From the NCBI GenBank assembly GCA_965232515.1, contig CBDDPY010000002.1, positions 2,528,001 to 2,592,000 of the forward strand: 64,000 nucleotides of DNA, read 5' to 3'. The notes under the pieces were generated by a model, which saw only the letters and a list, made by a program, of their open reading frames with translations, had not been told where the DNA came from and searched no databases. Numbering within the stretch: position 1 is the stretch's first letter; every line of letters begins with the position of its first letter. Positions 36,943-48,735 of the stretch are shown here, one piece after another. The stretch comes from Alphaproteobacteria bacterium. GTDB taxonomy: Bacteria; Pseudomonadota; Alphaproteobacteria; GCA-2731375. A program made the translations under genes and the position numbers.

Positions 36943-37017
36943 TGGCGTCCCCTAGGGGAATCGAACCCCTGTTTCGGGCGTGAGAGGCCCGCGTCCTGAC
37001 CGCTAGACGAAGGGGAC
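36943..37017 (-). tRNA. tRNA-Glu (CTC)
   Basis: GTCCCCTTCGTCTAGCGGTCAGGACGCGGGCCTCTCACGCCCGAAACAGGGGTTCGATTCCCCTAGGGGACGCCA; cloverleaf, encoded CCA. Confidence 0.95.
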
Positions 37018-37088
37018 GTCGGCGGAAAGCCGAGAAGTAGCGGCAGAGCGGGCCCAGGTCAAGGGGGTGCTAAGGCCGCCGGGCCAAC

Positions 37089-38129
37089 TCAGGCGGCCTC
37101 CAGATGGCGGCGGGCGCTGGCGATCAGGCGGTCCACGTCGTCGGGATCGGTGTTGAAGGCGGTGACGAGGCGGAGCGTGGTCGCCGTGGGCCCGCCCCAG
37201 CGCAGGAAGCCGACGCCGTCGGCGGCGAGACCGTCGATCACGGCCTCGGGCAGGCGGACGAAGACCTCGTTGGCCTCGACCGGATGTTCGAGCTCGGCGC
37301 CGGGCAGGGCCGCGAGACCGTCGGCGAGGCGGCGGGCGCAGGCGTTGGCGTGACGGGCGTTCTTGAGCCAGAGATCGTCGCGCACATAGGCGCGGAGCTG
37401 GGCCGAGAGGAAGCGCATCTTCGAGAACAGATGGCCGCCGCGCTTGCGCCGGAAGCGGAAGTCGCGGGCGAGTTCGGGTTTGAAGAACAGCACGGCCTCG
37501 GCCGCCATGGCGCCGTTCTTAGTGGCGCCGAGCGACATCACGTCCACGCCGGCGCGCCAGGTGACGTCGGCCGGCGCGCAGCCGAGATGGGCGACGGCGT
37601 TGGCGAAGCGCGCGCCGTCCATATGCAGCGGCAGGCCGTGCGCCCGCGCGACCTCGGCGATGGCCCTGACCTCATCCACCGTGTAGACGGCGCCCTGCTC
37701 GCTCGCCTGCGTGACCGAGACGGCGGCGGGCTGGGCGTGATGCTCGACCCCGGTGCCGGCCGTGGCGAGCACCTCGGCGAGCGCCGCGGCATCGAACTTG
37801 GCGTGCGGCCCGTCGAGAAGCGTGAGCTTGGCGCCGCCCGTGAAGAATTCTGGCGCGTTGCACTCGTCCTCCTCGATATGGGCGTGGCGGTGGCAATAGA
37901 CCGTGCCGTAGGGCGGCGCGAGCGTCGCCAGGGCCAGCGCGTTGGCGGCCGTGCCGGTGGCGACGGGATGCATGACGAGATCGCAGTCGAACAGCGTCCG
38001 CAGGTCGTCCTGCGCCGCGGCCGTCATCTCGTCGGCGCCGTAGGCGGTCGCGCTGCCGCTGTTGGCCTCGGCGAGCGCCGCCATGATCTCGGGGCAGACG
38101 CCGGACGCGTTGTCGCTGGTGAAGTTCAC
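37089..38129 (-). CDS. ltaE: Low-specificity L-threonine aldolase
   Basis: FTSDN, HIEEDECNAPEFFTGG, HMDGARFANA, LGATKNG. Confidence 0.9.
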   Translation of the reverse strand: MNFTSDNASGVCPEIMAALAEANSGSATAYGADEMTAAAQDDLRTLFDCDLVMHPVATGTAANALALATLAPPYGTVYCHRHAHIEEDECNAPEFFTGGAKLTLLDGPHAKFDAAALAEVLATAGTGVEHHAQPAAVSVTQASEQGAVYTVDEVRAIAEVARAHGLPLHMDGARFANAVAHLGCAPADVTWRAGVDVMSLGATKNGAMAAEAVLFFKPELARDFRFRRKRGGHLFSKMRFLSAQLRAYVRDDLWLKNARHANACARRLADGLAALPGAELEHPVEANEVFVRLPEAVIDGLAADGVGFLRWGGPTATTLRLVTAFNTDPDDVDRLIASARRHLEAA

Positions 38130-38563
38130 GGGCGCGCCCCGGCGTCGATGGCAAGGTCCAGCCGCTCGAAGCCGGCGCCGTCGGCCGTCAGCCGATGCGC
38201 CGCCACCTCGCCGACCTCGCGGTTTTCGACGGCGAGAATGACCCAGACCAGATCGGGCTCGGTCGCCCAGGCAAGATCGGTCGCCGAGGGCCGCGCCGGG
38301 CCGTCGGGATGGGAATGGTAATGCCCGACGATATCGCGCGGCGATTGCCGCAGCGCCTTCTGCAGCCGCAGCCGCAGCGCCGGGTCGACCTCGAACCGGC
38401 GCCGGCGGTCGGCCGCGAGATTGGCGCCGGGCGCAAGTTGCGTGACCCGGATCTGGTCGTCCGCCTCGCGCGCGCCGACGAGGAGGCCGCAGGCTTCTTC
38501 CGGAAAGGCTGCCGTGGCGGCGGCCTTCATGGCGTCGAGCTGTTGGGGCGTGAACAGGATCAC
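38126..38563 (-). CDS. M67 / Mov34-MPN (JAB) metallopeptidase
   Basis: PEEACGLLVG; YHSHPDGPARPSATD JAMM motif; start GTG38563. Confidence 0.88.
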   Translation of the reverse strand: MILFTPQQLDAMKAAATAAFPEEACGLLVGAREADDQIRVTQLAPGANLAADRRRRFEVDPALRLRLQKALRQSPRDIVGHYHSHPDGPARPSATDLAWATEPDLVWVILAVENREVGEVAAHRLTADGAGFERLDLAIDAGARP

Positions 38564-38884
38564 GGGCCGGGCACCAGACGCACGACGCCGAGGCGCTGGC
38601 CCGTCGTCAGATCGAAGACGATGACCCGCTCGTTGCCGTCGGCGTCGGCGACGCGCACCGACAGGCGGTCGCCGCTGGCGCTGACATCGACGACCCGGTC
38701 GTCGGCCGGCAGCGCGACCTCGATCTCGCCGAACACGCGCTCGGCCGCCGCCATGCTCTCGGAGAGATCGCCGCTGGTCCGGGCAATGCCGACGACCAGC
38801 GCGATCAGGCCGATCACCAGCAATGTGGTCATCACGCCGACGAGCCACTTGAGTGCGGTCGTGTTCTGTGTCCAGTCTGAGATC

Positions 38885-38886
<2 letters not shown>
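38560..38886 (-). CDS. Small membrane-anchored hypothetical protein (DUF6476-like)
   Basis: LKWLVGVMTTLLVIGLIALVVGI TM segment followed by a beta-rich tail. Confidence 0.65.
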
Positions 38887-39868
<982 letters not shown>

Positions 39869-39911
39869 CCCAGAATGAAACATTCGTGCGAAACAACTGA
39901 ACGGCGTTTTC

Positions 39912-39940
39912 TTGACAAAAGTCCACGAACTGAATAGCTC
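39912..39940 (+). promoter_or_regulatory. Putative sigma70-type promoter of rpoH
   Basis: TTGACA-17 nt-TAGCTC. Confidence 0.45.
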
Positions 39941-39985
39941 TAGTTCTTCCCTGACCAGAAATCCATCTTCCGAACGAGCGTTCCC

Positions 39986-40882
39986 ATGAGCGAGCGAAGC
40001 CTCTCGAGTGTCAATCTGCCGGCGCTGACGCCGGAGGGCAGCCTGTCCCGCTACCTGCAGGAAATCCGCAAGTTTCCGATGCTGGAGCCCGAACAGGAGT
40101 ACATGCTGGCGAAAGCCTGGCGGGAAAAGGACGACATCGATTCCGCGCATCAGCTGGTCACCAGCCATCTGCGGCTGGTGGCCAAGATCGCGATGGGCTA
40201 TCGCGGCTACGGCCTGCCGGTCGGCGAGCTGATCGCCGAAGGCAATGTCGGCATGATGCAGGCGGTCAAGCGCTTCGATCCGGAGCGCGGCTTCCGTCTC
40301 GCCACCTATGCCATGTGGTGGATCCGGGCCGCCATCCAGGAATACATCCTGCGCTCCTGGTCGCTGGTGAAGATCGGCACCACGGCGGCGCAGAAGAAGC
40401 TGTTCTTCAACCTGCGCAAGATCAAAGGGCAACTACAGGCGATCGAGGAAGGCGACCTGCATCCCGACCAGGTGGCGCTGATCGCCAAGAAGCTGAACGT
40501 GCCCGAGCAGGACGTGGTGTCGATGAACCGCCGGCTGGCGGCACCGGACAATTCGTTGAACGCGCCGGTGCGCGCCGACAGCGAGGGCGAGTGGCAGGAC
40601 TGGCTGGTCGACGACACGATCGATCAGGAGACTCAGCTCGCGGAAAGCGAGGAGCTGAGCAACCGCCGCGACCTGCTGAAGCAGGCGATGACGCATCTGA
40701 ACGATCGCGAGCGGCACATCCTGACCGAGCGGCGGCTGCAGGAAAGCCCGACAACGCTGGAAGACCTCAGCAAGGAATACGACATCAGCCGCGAGCGGGT
40801 CCGGCAGATCGAAGTCCGGGCCTTCGAAAAGCTGCAGAAGGCCATGCGCAAGGCCATGGTCGAACAGCGCACGAAACGGTAG
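39986..40882 (+). CDS. rpoH: RNA polymerase sigma-32 factor
   Basis: RpoH box SWSLVKIGTTAAQKKLFFNLR; region 4 ISRERVRQIE. Confidence 0.97.
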   Translation: MSERSLSSVNLPALTPEGSLSRYLQEIRKFPMLEPEQEYMLAKAWREKDDIDSAHQLVTSHLRLVAKIAMGYRGYGLPVGELIAEGNVGMMQAVKRFDPERGFRLATYAMWWIRAAIQEYILRSWSLVKIGTTAAQKKLFFNLRKIKGQLQAIEEGDLHPDQVALIAKKLNVPEQDVVSMNRRLAAPDNSLNAPVRADSEGEWQDWLVDDTIDQETQLAESEELSNRRDLLKQAMTHLNDRERHILTERRLQESPTTLEDLSKEYDISRERVRQIEVRAFEKLQKAMRKAMVEQRTKR

Positions 40883-40913
40883 GGCCGACAGGTAGGACGG
40901 CGGCGGTCTTCCG

Positions 40914-42206
40914 CTAATCGACGAAGGGGTCGCGCACCAGGATCGTATCGTCGCGCTCCGGGCTGGTCGACAGCAGCGCCACGCGCACGCCGATCAGTTC
41001 CTCGATGCGGACGATGTACTTGATCGCCGTTGCCGGCAGATCGGCCCAGCTGCGCGCGCCGCGCGTGCTTTCCGACCAGCCTTCCAGGGTTTCGTAAACC
41101 GGCTCGACCCGGTGCTGCCGCTCGGACTCGGCCGGCAGGTAGCCGATGTCGTCACCGTCGAGCTTGTAGCCGATGCAGACCTTGATCTCGGGCATGCCGT
41201 CCAGCACGTCGAGCTTGGTGAGCGCAATGCCGTGAATGCCGCTCACCTTGACGGCCTGACGCACCATGACGGCGTCGAACCAGCCGCAGCGCCGCCGGCG
41301 CTGGGTGACGGTGCCGAACTCGTGGCCGCGCTCGCCCAGGCCGCGTCCGACGGCGTTGTCCTGCTCGGTCGGGAACGGGCCCTGGCCGACGCGGGTGGTG
41401 TAGGCCTTGGTGATGCCGAGGACGAAATTCACCGCGTCCGGGCCGATACCGCAGCCGACGGCCGCCTCGCCCGCGATGGTGTTGGACGAGGTGACGAACG
41501 GATAGGTGCCGTGGTCGACGTCCAGCATGGCGCCCTGCGCGCCCTCGAACAGGATGCGTTCGCCCTGCCGCCGGGCCTCGTCGAGGTCGCGCCAGATCAC
41601 GGAACTATAGGGCAAGATCTCGGGAGCGATGGCCTGAAGTTCGGCGATCAGTTCAACGCCGTCGACCTCGGGCTGCTGCAATCCGCGCCTGAGCGCGTTG
41701 TGGTGCACCAGCAGATGGTCGACCTTGAAGCTGAGCGTGTCCGGATCCGAGAGGTCGCAGACCCGGATCGCGCGCCGGCCGACCTTGTCCTCGTAGGCTG
41801 GGCCGATACCGCGCCGCGTGGTGCCGATGGCGCTGTTGCCGCGCGCCTCCTCGCGGAGCGCATCGAGCTCGCGATGCAGCGGCAGAATGAGCGTTGCGTT
41901 GTGCGCGATGCGCAGATTATCGGGGCCGACCTCGACGCCCATCTCGCGCACGGCGCGGATCTCCTCGACCAGCGCCCAGGGATCGATGACGACTCCGCTG
42001 CCGATCACCGACAGCTTGCCCGGTCGGACGATTCCGGACGGCAACAGGCTGAGCTTGTAGGTCTTGCCGTCGATAACGAGCGTATGCCCGGCGTTGTGGC
42101 CGCCCTGAAACCGCGCCACCACGGCCGCCCGCTCGGACAGCCAGTCGACGATCTTGCCCTTGCCCTCGTCGCCCCATTGCGAGCCGACCACCGCGACATT
42201 GGCCAT
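40914..42206 (-). CDS. purA: Adenylosuccinate synthetase
   Basis: [35 protein letters not shown]. Confidence 0.98.
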   Translation of the reverse strand: MANVAVVGSQWGDEGKGKIVDWLSERAAVVARFQGGHNAGHTLVIDGKTYKLSLLPSGIVRPGKLSVIGSGVVIDPWALVEEIRAVREMGVEVGPDNLRIAHNATLILPLHRELDALREEARGNSAIGTTRRGIGPAYEDKVGRRAIRVCDLSDPDTLSFKVDHLLVHHNALRRGLQQPEVDGVELIAELQAIAPEILPYSSVIWRDLDEARRQGERILFEGAQGAMLDVDHGTYPFVTSSNTIAGEAAVGCGIGPDAVNFVLGITKAYTTRVGQGPFPTEQDNAVGRGLGERGHEFGTVTQRRRRCGWFDAVMVRQAVKVSGIHGIALTKLDVLDGMPEIKVCIGYKLDGDDIGYLPAESERQHRVEPVYETLEGWSESTRGARSWADLPATAIKYIVRIEELIGVRVALLSTSPERDDTILVRDPFVD

Positions 42207-42256
42207 GCGTGCCCCTCTTCGTTCCGGTTGCCCGAGACCGCGGCGATGCGATCGGG

Positions 42257-43396
42257 TCAGTTCACCTCGACGGCGGCGCCGTCGAGAAAGACATGGCTGC
42301 AGCCCATCCGGCGCGCCTCGTCCGGCGCCGACTCGACGGCGGCGAGGCCACGCACCGTGCGCCAGCCATCCGCCCGGCAGCTTTTTGCGGCCGAGGCCGG
42401 CGTCCCGGCCGGCAGATAGAGCGTTCGGTCATTGGTAGGACTTGGTAGTGCTCGCATCACGCTGTCCATATAGAGCGTGAAGCCGGTCGCCGGCTCGCCG
42501 GTGGCCAAGTCGTAGCGGCCGCCCCGCCCCAGCTCGCCCCGCACGCCCTTCGCCAGCAAGGTGAAGCTGACGCCGGTCTGGTACTCGAAACCGCGACTTT
42601 CGCCGGGATCGACCGTCATCGTCAGACCTTCGCCATCGGCCTGCAGCACAGTGACGACCTCGGCCAACCGATTCACAATCCCCTTGGCGTCGGCCGGTAG
42701 GGCCAGGGACTGCAGCGCCGGCAGCGCCGTCGCGACGGGTCCGGCTGCATCCAGAACCCCGGACAGCAGCGTCTTTGCATCGTTAGGCAGACCGTCGAGC
42801 GCGGCCCGGTCCTTTCGGTCAAGCGCGGCCCGCACCCGCTCCGCCAGCACCGGCTCCAGGCCGAAGTGATCGCAGACGATCGGCACCAGGCTCGGCACCG
42901 TCAGATCGACGGACAGCTGCTTCACGCCGACGGCGTTCAGCGATTCGGCCGCCAGCAGCACGACCTCGGCGTCGCCCGCCGGCAGATCGGCGCCGATCAG
43001 CTCGACGCCGGCCTGGGCGAACTGCCGCTCGGGCCGCAGCTGCGCGCCGCGCACGCGCAGGACCTGGCCGGCATAGCAAAGCCGCAGCGGCCGCGGCAGC
43101 TCGCGCAGCCGGGTGATGGCGATGCGGGCGACCTGCGTGGTCATGTCGGCGCGCACGGCCATCATGCGCTGCGAGATCGGGTCCATCAGGCGGAACATGT
43201 GGCGGGCGACGCTGGCGCCCGGCCCCGCCAGCAGGCTCTCCTCGAATTCGATCAGCGGCGGCTTGACGCGCTCGTAGCCCTGCGCCGAAAAGGCGCCGAT
43301 CAGCCGCTCGATGACCCGCGCCTCGTGCGCGGCAAGCGGCGGCAGATCGTCGTGCAGGCCCTCGGGCAGCAGCGCAAGATTGGCCGTATCGTCCAT
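42257..43396 (-). CDS. hisZ: ATP phosphoribosyltransferase regulatory subunit
   Basis: [30 protein letters not shown]; adjacent to purA. Confidence 0.92.
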   Translation of the reverse strand: MDDTANLALLPEGLHDDLPPLAAHEARVIERLIGAFSAQGYERVKPPLIEFEESLLAGPGASVARHMFRLMDPISQRMMAVRADMTTQVARIAITRLRELPRPLRLCYAGQVLRVRGAQLRPERQFAQAGVELIGADLPAGDAEVVLLAAESLNAVGVKQLSVDLTVPSLVPIVCDHFGLEPVLAERVRAALDRKDRAALDGLPNDAKTLLSGVLDAAGPVATALPALQSLALPADAKGIVNRLAEVVTVLQADGEGLTMTVDPGESRGFEYQTGVSFTLLAKGVRGELGRGGRYDLATGEPATGFTLYMDSVMRALPSPTNDRTLYLPAGTPASAAKSCRADGWRTVRGLAAVESAPDEARRMGCSHVFLDGAAVEVN

Positions 43397-43466
43397 GGCG
43401 TCGAAAGTCTAGCTCACAACCCGGTCACGAGACAGCGCGGGCACGCAGGCGCCGCGCCGTCCGCCG

Positions 43467-45050
43467 CTAACCGAAGGTCAGCGGCTTCGCCTGGACGACG
43501 TGGCTGAGGCCGCGCACCTCGGCCAGCACCTTCTCGGACACCGCCTGGTCCACCTCGATGAGCGCGATGGCATCGCCGCCAGCCTCGGCCCGGCCGAGAT
43601 GGAAGGTGGCGATATTGACGCCGGCATTGCCCAGCGTGGTGCCGAGCGCGCCGATGAAGCCGGGCTTGTCCTCGTTGGTGACGTAAAGCATGTTCGGCGC
43701 CGTCTCGGCCTCGAGCTTGATGCCCTTGATCTGCACGATGCGCGGCCGCCGGTCGGCGAACAGCGTGCCGGCGACCGACCGGCTCTGCCGCTCGGTGGTG
43801 ACGGTCAGGCGGATTAGCGTCTGGTAGTCGCCGGGCGCCTCGTCGCGCGTCTCGCGCACGTCGATGTCGCGCTGCTTGGCGATGGCCGCGGCGTTGACCA
43901 TGTTGACCGTGTCCATCAGCGGACTGAGCAATCCTTCCAGCACGATCGAGGTCAGCGGCCGGGTGTTCAGCGTCGCGACATGGCCTTCGTATTCGATGTG
44001 CACGCCCTGGATCGCCGTCTCGGTGAGCTGCCCGGCGAAGCTGCCGAGCTCGCGCGCGAGATCGAAATAGGGCCGCAGCCGCGGCGCCTCCTCGGCCGTG
44101 ACCGAGGCCATGTTCAGCGCGTTGGTGACCGCCCCGTCGAGCAGGTAGTCGGACATCTGCTCGGCCACCTGAACGGCGACATTCTCCTGCGCTTCCGAGG
44201 TCGAGGCCCCGAGATGCGGCGTCGCCACGACCTTGTCATGGCCGAACAGCACGTTCTCCTTCGCCGGTTCCTGCGAAAACACGTCGAGCGCGGCGCCGCC
44301 GACCTGGCCGGAATCGAGCGCCGCCAGCAGGTCGGCCTCGACGATCAGGCCGCCGCGCGCGCAGTTGATCAGGCGCACGCCCTGCTTGGCCTTGGCCAAC
44401 GTCTCGCTGTTGAGCAGGCCCTTGGTCGATTCCGTCATTGGCGTGTGCAGCGAGATGAAGTCGGCGCGGGCCAACAGCTCGTCGAGCTCCACCTTCTCGA
44501 TGCCGAGTTCGACGGCGCGCTCGAGCGCCAGGAACGGGTCGTAGACGACGACGCGCATCTTCAGGCCCTGCGCCCGGTCGGCCACGATCGAGCCGATATT
44601 GCCGCAGCCGATGATGCCGAGCACCTTGCCGTAGAGCTCGACGCCCATGAAGCGGCTCTTCTCCCACTTGCCGGCGTGGGTCGATTCATTGGCGGCCGGG
44701 ATCTCCCGCGCCAGCGCCAGCATCATCGAGATGGCATGCTCGGCCGTCGTGATCGAGTTTCCGAACGGCGTGTTCATGACACAGACGCCGTTCGCCGTCG
44801 CCGCCTCGATATCGACATTGTCGACGCCGATGCCGGCGCGGCCGACGACCTTGAGCCGGCCATTGGCCGCGTTCAGGACATCTGATGTCACCTTGGTGGC
44901 CGACCGCACGGCGAGACCGTCATAGTCGCCGATCGCGGCGACCAGATCCTCGGGGCTGAGGTCGGTTCGCTCATCGACATCGACGCCCCGGCCGCGGAAC
45001 ACCTCCGCCGCGCGCGGGCTCATCTTGTCGGAAATCAGTACTTTCACCAT
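43467..45050 (-). CDS. serA: D-3-phosphoglycerate dehydrogenase
   Basis: RAGIGVDNVD, GCGNIG, TPHLGAST, C-terminal ACT domain. Confidence 0.96.
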   Translation of the reverse strand: MVKVLISDKMSPRAAEVFRGRGVDVDERTDLSPEDLVAAIGDYDGLAVRSATKVTSDVLNAANGRLKVVGRAGIGVDNVDIEAATANGVCVMNTPFGNSITTAEHAISMMLALAREIPAANESTHAGKWEKSRFMGVELYGKVLGIIGCGNIGSIVADRAQGLKMRVVVYDPFLALERAVELGIEKVELDELLARADFISLHTPMTESTKGLLNSETLAKAKQGVRLINCARGGLIVEADLLAALDSGQVGGAALDVFSQEPAKENVLFGHDKVVATPHLGASTSEAQENVAVQVAEQMSDYLLDGAVTNALNMASVTAEEAPRLRPYFDLARELGSFAGQLTETAIQGVHIEYEGHVATLNTRPLTSIVLEGLLSPLMDTVNMVNAAAIAKQRDIDVRETRDEAPGDYQTLIRLTVTTERQSRSVAGTLFADRRPRIVQIKGIKLEAETAPNMLYVTNEDKPGFIGALGTTLGNAGVNIATFHLGRAEAGGDAIALIEVDQAVSEKVLAEVRGLSHVVQAKPLTFG

Positions 45051-45062
45051 GGTATCGGATCC

Positions 45063-46226
45063 TCAGGCGGCCGGCCGATGGGCCGTCTTGGTTTCGGCAT
45101 AGGCCCAGTCGAGCCAGGGCAGCAGGGCGGCGATATCGTCGGTCTCTATGGTCGCGCCGCACCAGATGCGCAGGCCCGGCGGCGCGTCGCGATAGGCGCC
45201 GATATCGAGCGCCACGCCCTCCTGCTCGAGCGTCGCGGCAAGCTGCTTGGCAACGGCAGCCTGCCGGTCGGTCGGCAGGCCGGCGAACCAGTCGTCGACA
45301 ATCGAGAGGCAGACCGACGTGCAGGAGCGGCTCGCCGGATCGGCGGCCAGGAAGTCGACCCAGCCGGTGCGGGCAACCCAGTCGGCAATCGTGGCGAGGT
45401 TACGCTCCGACCGCGCAATCAGACCGTCCAGTCCGCCAACCGATTCGGCCCAGGTCAGCGCGGCGAGATAGTCCTCGACGCAGAGCATGGACGGCGTGTT
45501 GATGGTCTCGCCCTTGAACACGCCCTCGATCAGCTTGCCGCCCTTGGTCAGACGGAAGATCTTCGGCAGCGGCCAGGGCGGCGCGTAGCTCTCGAGCCGG
45601 GCGACGGCGCGCGGGCTCAGGATCAGCATGCCGTGCTGCGCCTCGCCGCCCAGCACCTTTTGCCAGGAGAAGGTGGTGACGTCGAGCTTGTCCCACGGCA
45701 GCGCCATGGCGAACGCGGCCGAGGTCGCATCGCAAATCGTCAGGCCCTGCCGTTCGTCGGCGATCCAGTCGCCATCCGGCACCCGCACGCCCGAGGTGGT
45801 GCCGTTCCAGCAGAACACGATGTCGCGCGCCGGATCGGCTTGCGACAGGTCGGGCAGATCGCCGTAGCCGGCCTCGAGCACTCGCACGTCTTCCAGCTTC
45901 AGCTGCTTCAGCACGTCGGTCACCCAACCGTGGCCGAAACTCTCCCAGGCCAGCAGATCGATGCCGCGTTCGCCGAGCAGCGACCACAAGGCCATCTCGA
46001 CGGCGCCGGTGTCGGACGCCGGCGTGATGCCGATGCGATAGTCGGCCGGCACGCCAAGCAGATCCCGGGTCCGTTCGATGGCCGCCGACAGGCGCGCCTT
46101 GCCGTCTTTCGACCGGTGCGATCGTCCGAGCACCGCGTCGGCCAGCGCCTGGGGGCTCCAGCCGGGATACTTGGCACAGGGGCCGGACGAGAAATTCGGC
46201 ACGTCGGGCGCAAGGTTCGGCTTCAT
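45063..46226 (-). CDS. serC: Phosphoserine aminotransferase (alphaproteobacterial type)
   Basis: [27 protein letters not shown]; upstream of serA. Confidence 0.95.
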   Translation of the reverse strand: MKPNLAPDVPNFSSGPCAKYPGWSPQALADAVLGRSHRSKDGKARLSAAIERTRDLLGVPADYRIGITPASDTGAVEMALWSLLGERGIDLLAWESFGHGWVTDVLKQLKLEDVRVLEAGYGDLPDLSQADPARDIVFCWNGTTSGVRVPDGDWIADERQGLTICDATSAAFAMALPWDKLDVTTFSWQKVLGGEAQHGMLILSPRAVARLESYAPPWPLPKIFRLTKGGKLIEGVFKGETINTPSMLCVEDYLAALTWAESVGGLDGLIARSERNLATIADWVARTGWVDFLAADPASRSCTSVCLSIVDDWFAGLPTDRQAAVAKQLAATLEQEGVALDIGAYRDAPPGLRIWCGATIETDDIAALLPWLDWAYAETKTAHRPAA

Positions 46227-46570
46227 CGACTTCTTCCCTTCAGTGGGCGTTGCCCCGACAACGCCGACACACATTCCCGCTGGCCGAGCCTCCGAAGACG
46301 CGGCAATGCCGGCCTCGGATCGAGGTCCATGCGATTGATTTGGACTGTTCCTATTCCATGCGATCGCTGCCGGCGGGGTCGCGAAGCATATTGCGCAGCG
46401 TATGCAAAAGTCCCATTAACGACGTCGGACGGCGGCGATAGTATGGACGCGCCTTGCCATGTCAACGGGCGATTTGTCGCGGTCGGGCATCGGCACCCGG
46501 TTGACTTCCATGGCCGCCGGCGTTTGTCATGCGGCCTTCGAATTCGCGTTCCCGATCGAGGCGTCAGCGC

Positions 46571-47704
46571 ATGATTCCCTGCCAACGATCCCTGTTCGAC
46601 CTGCCCGACGACGTGGCCTATTTCAACTGCGCCTATATGTCGCCGCTGATGAAGCCGGTCGTGGCCGCCGGTGAGGCCGGGGTCGCCCGCAAGGCCCGGC
46701 CGTGGCAGATAACCCCGCCGGACTTCTTCACAGGCCCGGAGAAGGCCCGCGGTCTGTTCGCCGAGCTGATCGGCGGCGAAGCCGACAACATCGCGGTCAT
46801 TCCGGCCGCCAGCTATGGGATCGCGGCTGCCGCCCGCAACATCCCCATCGGGCGCAATCAGCGCGTCGTGGTGCTGGCGAGCCAGTTTCCCTCCAACGTC
46901 TATGTCTGGCGCGAGCGCACGCGCGAGACCGGCGGCAAGTTCACCACCGTCAAGCGGCCCGACAACGGCGACTGGACGTCGGCGATCCTCGACGCCATCG
47001 ACGACGACACCGCGGTGGTCGCGACCGCGAACTGCCACTGGACCGACGGCGGACTGATCGACGTGGCGGCTGTCGGCAGCCGATGCCGCGAGGTTGGCGC
47101 GGCCTTCGTGCTCGACCTGACGCAGTCGATCGGCGCGCTGCCCTTCGATGTGCAAGCGGCGCACGCCGATTTCGCCATTGCCGCCTGCTACAAATGGATG
47201 ATGGGGCCCTACTCGCTGGGTTTCATGCACGTGGCGCCGCGCTACCACGAAGGCCGGCCGCTGGAACACAACTGGATGGCGCGAGCCGGCAGCGAGGATT
47301 TCACGGCGCTGGTGAACTACCAAAACGACTTTCAGCCCGGCGCGCGGCGGTTCGACATGGGCGAGACGGCGAACTTTCATCTGCTGCCCATGGCCATCGC
47401 CGCGCTCGAGCAGTTGCTGGCCTGGACGCCCGCGGCCGTGCAAACGACGCTGACCGAGATGACCGGATCGATCGCGGCGCGCGCGGAACAGCTTGGCCTG
47501 ATCGCCTCCGATCCGCGCTACCGCGCCGGCCACTTCCTCGGCCTCCGCTTTCCGGGCGGACCGCCGGACGGGCTGCTGGAACGCCTCGCACAAGCTCAGG
47601 TGCATGTCAGCCTGCGCGGCGATTCGATGCGGGTGACGCCGCACGTCTACAACAACACGGCCGATATCGACCGGCTGATCGACACCCTGCAATCTTCGCT
47701 TTGA
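46571..47704 (+). CDS. Class V PLP aminotransferase (lyase/desulfurase-like)
   Basis: YFNCAYMSP, DLTQSIG, ACYKWMMGP, RVTPHVYN. Confidence 0.88.
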   Translation: MIPCQRSLFDLPDDVAYFNCAYMSPLMKPVVAAGEAGVARKARPWQITPPDFFTGPEKARGLFAELIGGEADNIAVIPAASYGIAAAARNIPIGRNQRVVVLASQFPSNVYVWRERTRETGGKFTTVKRPDNGDWTSAILDAIDDDTAVVATANCHWTDGGLIDVAAVGSRCREVGAAFVLDLTQSIGALPFDVQAAHADFAIAACYKWMMGPYSLGFMHVAPRYHEGRPLEHNWMARAGSEDFTALVNYQNDFQPGARRFDMGETANFHLLPMAIAALEQLLAWTPAAVQTTLTEMTGSIAARAEQLGLIASDPRYRAGHFLGLRFPGGPPDGLLERLAQAQVHVSLRGDSMRVTPHVYNNTADIDRLIDTLQSSL

Positions 47705-47735
47705 CCAAGAATTCGACAGACGGAGCTGGCGACAG

Positions 47736-48725
47736 ATGACCATGCAATACGTCCCGTTCGGCAATACCGGCATGAAGGTCTCGCGGCTGTGCCTCGGCAC
47801 GCTCACCTTCGGCGCGCCGCAATGGCGCGACTGGGTGATGGACGAGGCCGACAGCCGGCCGATCGTCAAGTCGGCGCTGGATGCCGGCATCAACTTCATC
47901 GACACGGCCGACATGTATTCGCTCGGCGCCAGCGAGGAGGTCGTCGGCAAGATCCTCGCCGACATCGGGCCGCCGCGCGACGAGCTGGTGGTGGCGACCA
48001 AGGTCTACAACCGCATGAAGGACGATCCCAACGCCCGCGGCCTGTCGCGCAAGCACATCATGGAGGGCATCGACGCGTCGCTGAAGCGGCTACGGATGGA
48101 CTATGTCGACCTCTACCAGATACACCGCTGGGACTACGAGACGCCGATCGAGGAGACGCTGGACGCGCTGAATGACGTAGTGCGCGCCGGCAAAGCGCTC
48201 TATATCGGCGCGTCCAGCATGTGGGCCTGGCAGTTCATGAAGGCGCTGGAGATTTCGCGCCGCAACGGCTGGGCGCCGTTCGTCTCGATGCAGCCGCACT
48301 ACAACCTGATCTACCGCGAGGAGGAACGCGAGATGCTGCCGCTCTGCCGCAGCGAGGGCATTGCCGTCATTCCCTGGAGCCCGCTGGCGCGCGGCTTCCT
48401 GGCCGGCAACCGGCACCGGCAGGGCGGCGGCGACACGGCGCGGGCGAAGAACGATCCGATGGCGCAGCAGGACTATTACAGCGACCAGGATTTCCAGATC
48501 GCCGACAAGGTCGTCGAGATCGCGCACAAGCGCGGCGTCGCTCCGACGCAGGTGGCGCTCGCCTGGCACTTAAGCAAGCCGCACATCACCGCGCCCATTG
48601 TCGGCGTCTCCAAGGTCGAGCACGTGCTGAGCCACGTCGCCGCGCTGGAGGTCGAGCTGACGGACGACGAGATCGCCGCGCTGGACGCGCCGTACCGGCC
48701 GAAACCGGTCGCCGGACACGAATAG
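47736..48725 (+). CDS. Aldo/keto reductase
   Basis: DTADMYS, SLKRLRMDYVDLYQIHRWD, IPWSPLARG. Confidence 0.93.
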   Translation: MTMQYVPFGNTGMKVSRLCLGTLTFGAPQWRDWVMDEADSRPIVKSALDAGINFIDTADMYSLGASEEVVGKILADIGPPRDELVVATKVYNRMKDDPNARGLSRKHIMEGIDASLKRLRMDYVDLYQIHRWDYETPIEETLDALNDVVRAGKALYIGASSMWAWQFMKALEISRRNGWAPFVSMQPHYNLIYREEEREMLPLCRSEGIAVIPWSPLARGFLAGNRHRQGGGDTARAKNDPMAQQDYYSDQDFQIADKVVEIAHKRGVAPTQVALAWHLSKPHITAPIVGVSKVEHVLSHVAALEVELTDDEIAALDAPYRPKPVAGHE

Positions 48726-48735
48726 GGACCAACTC

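Noticed and set aside
36636-37017. Integrative element at tRNA-Glu
   Set aside because: No integrase and no duplicated tRNA 3' end seen in the window.
38126-38563. JAB protein as part of a CBASS or ubiquitin-like defence system
   Set aside because: Housekeeping context (ltaE, rluD, rpoH); no cyclase, E1/E2 or effector nearby.
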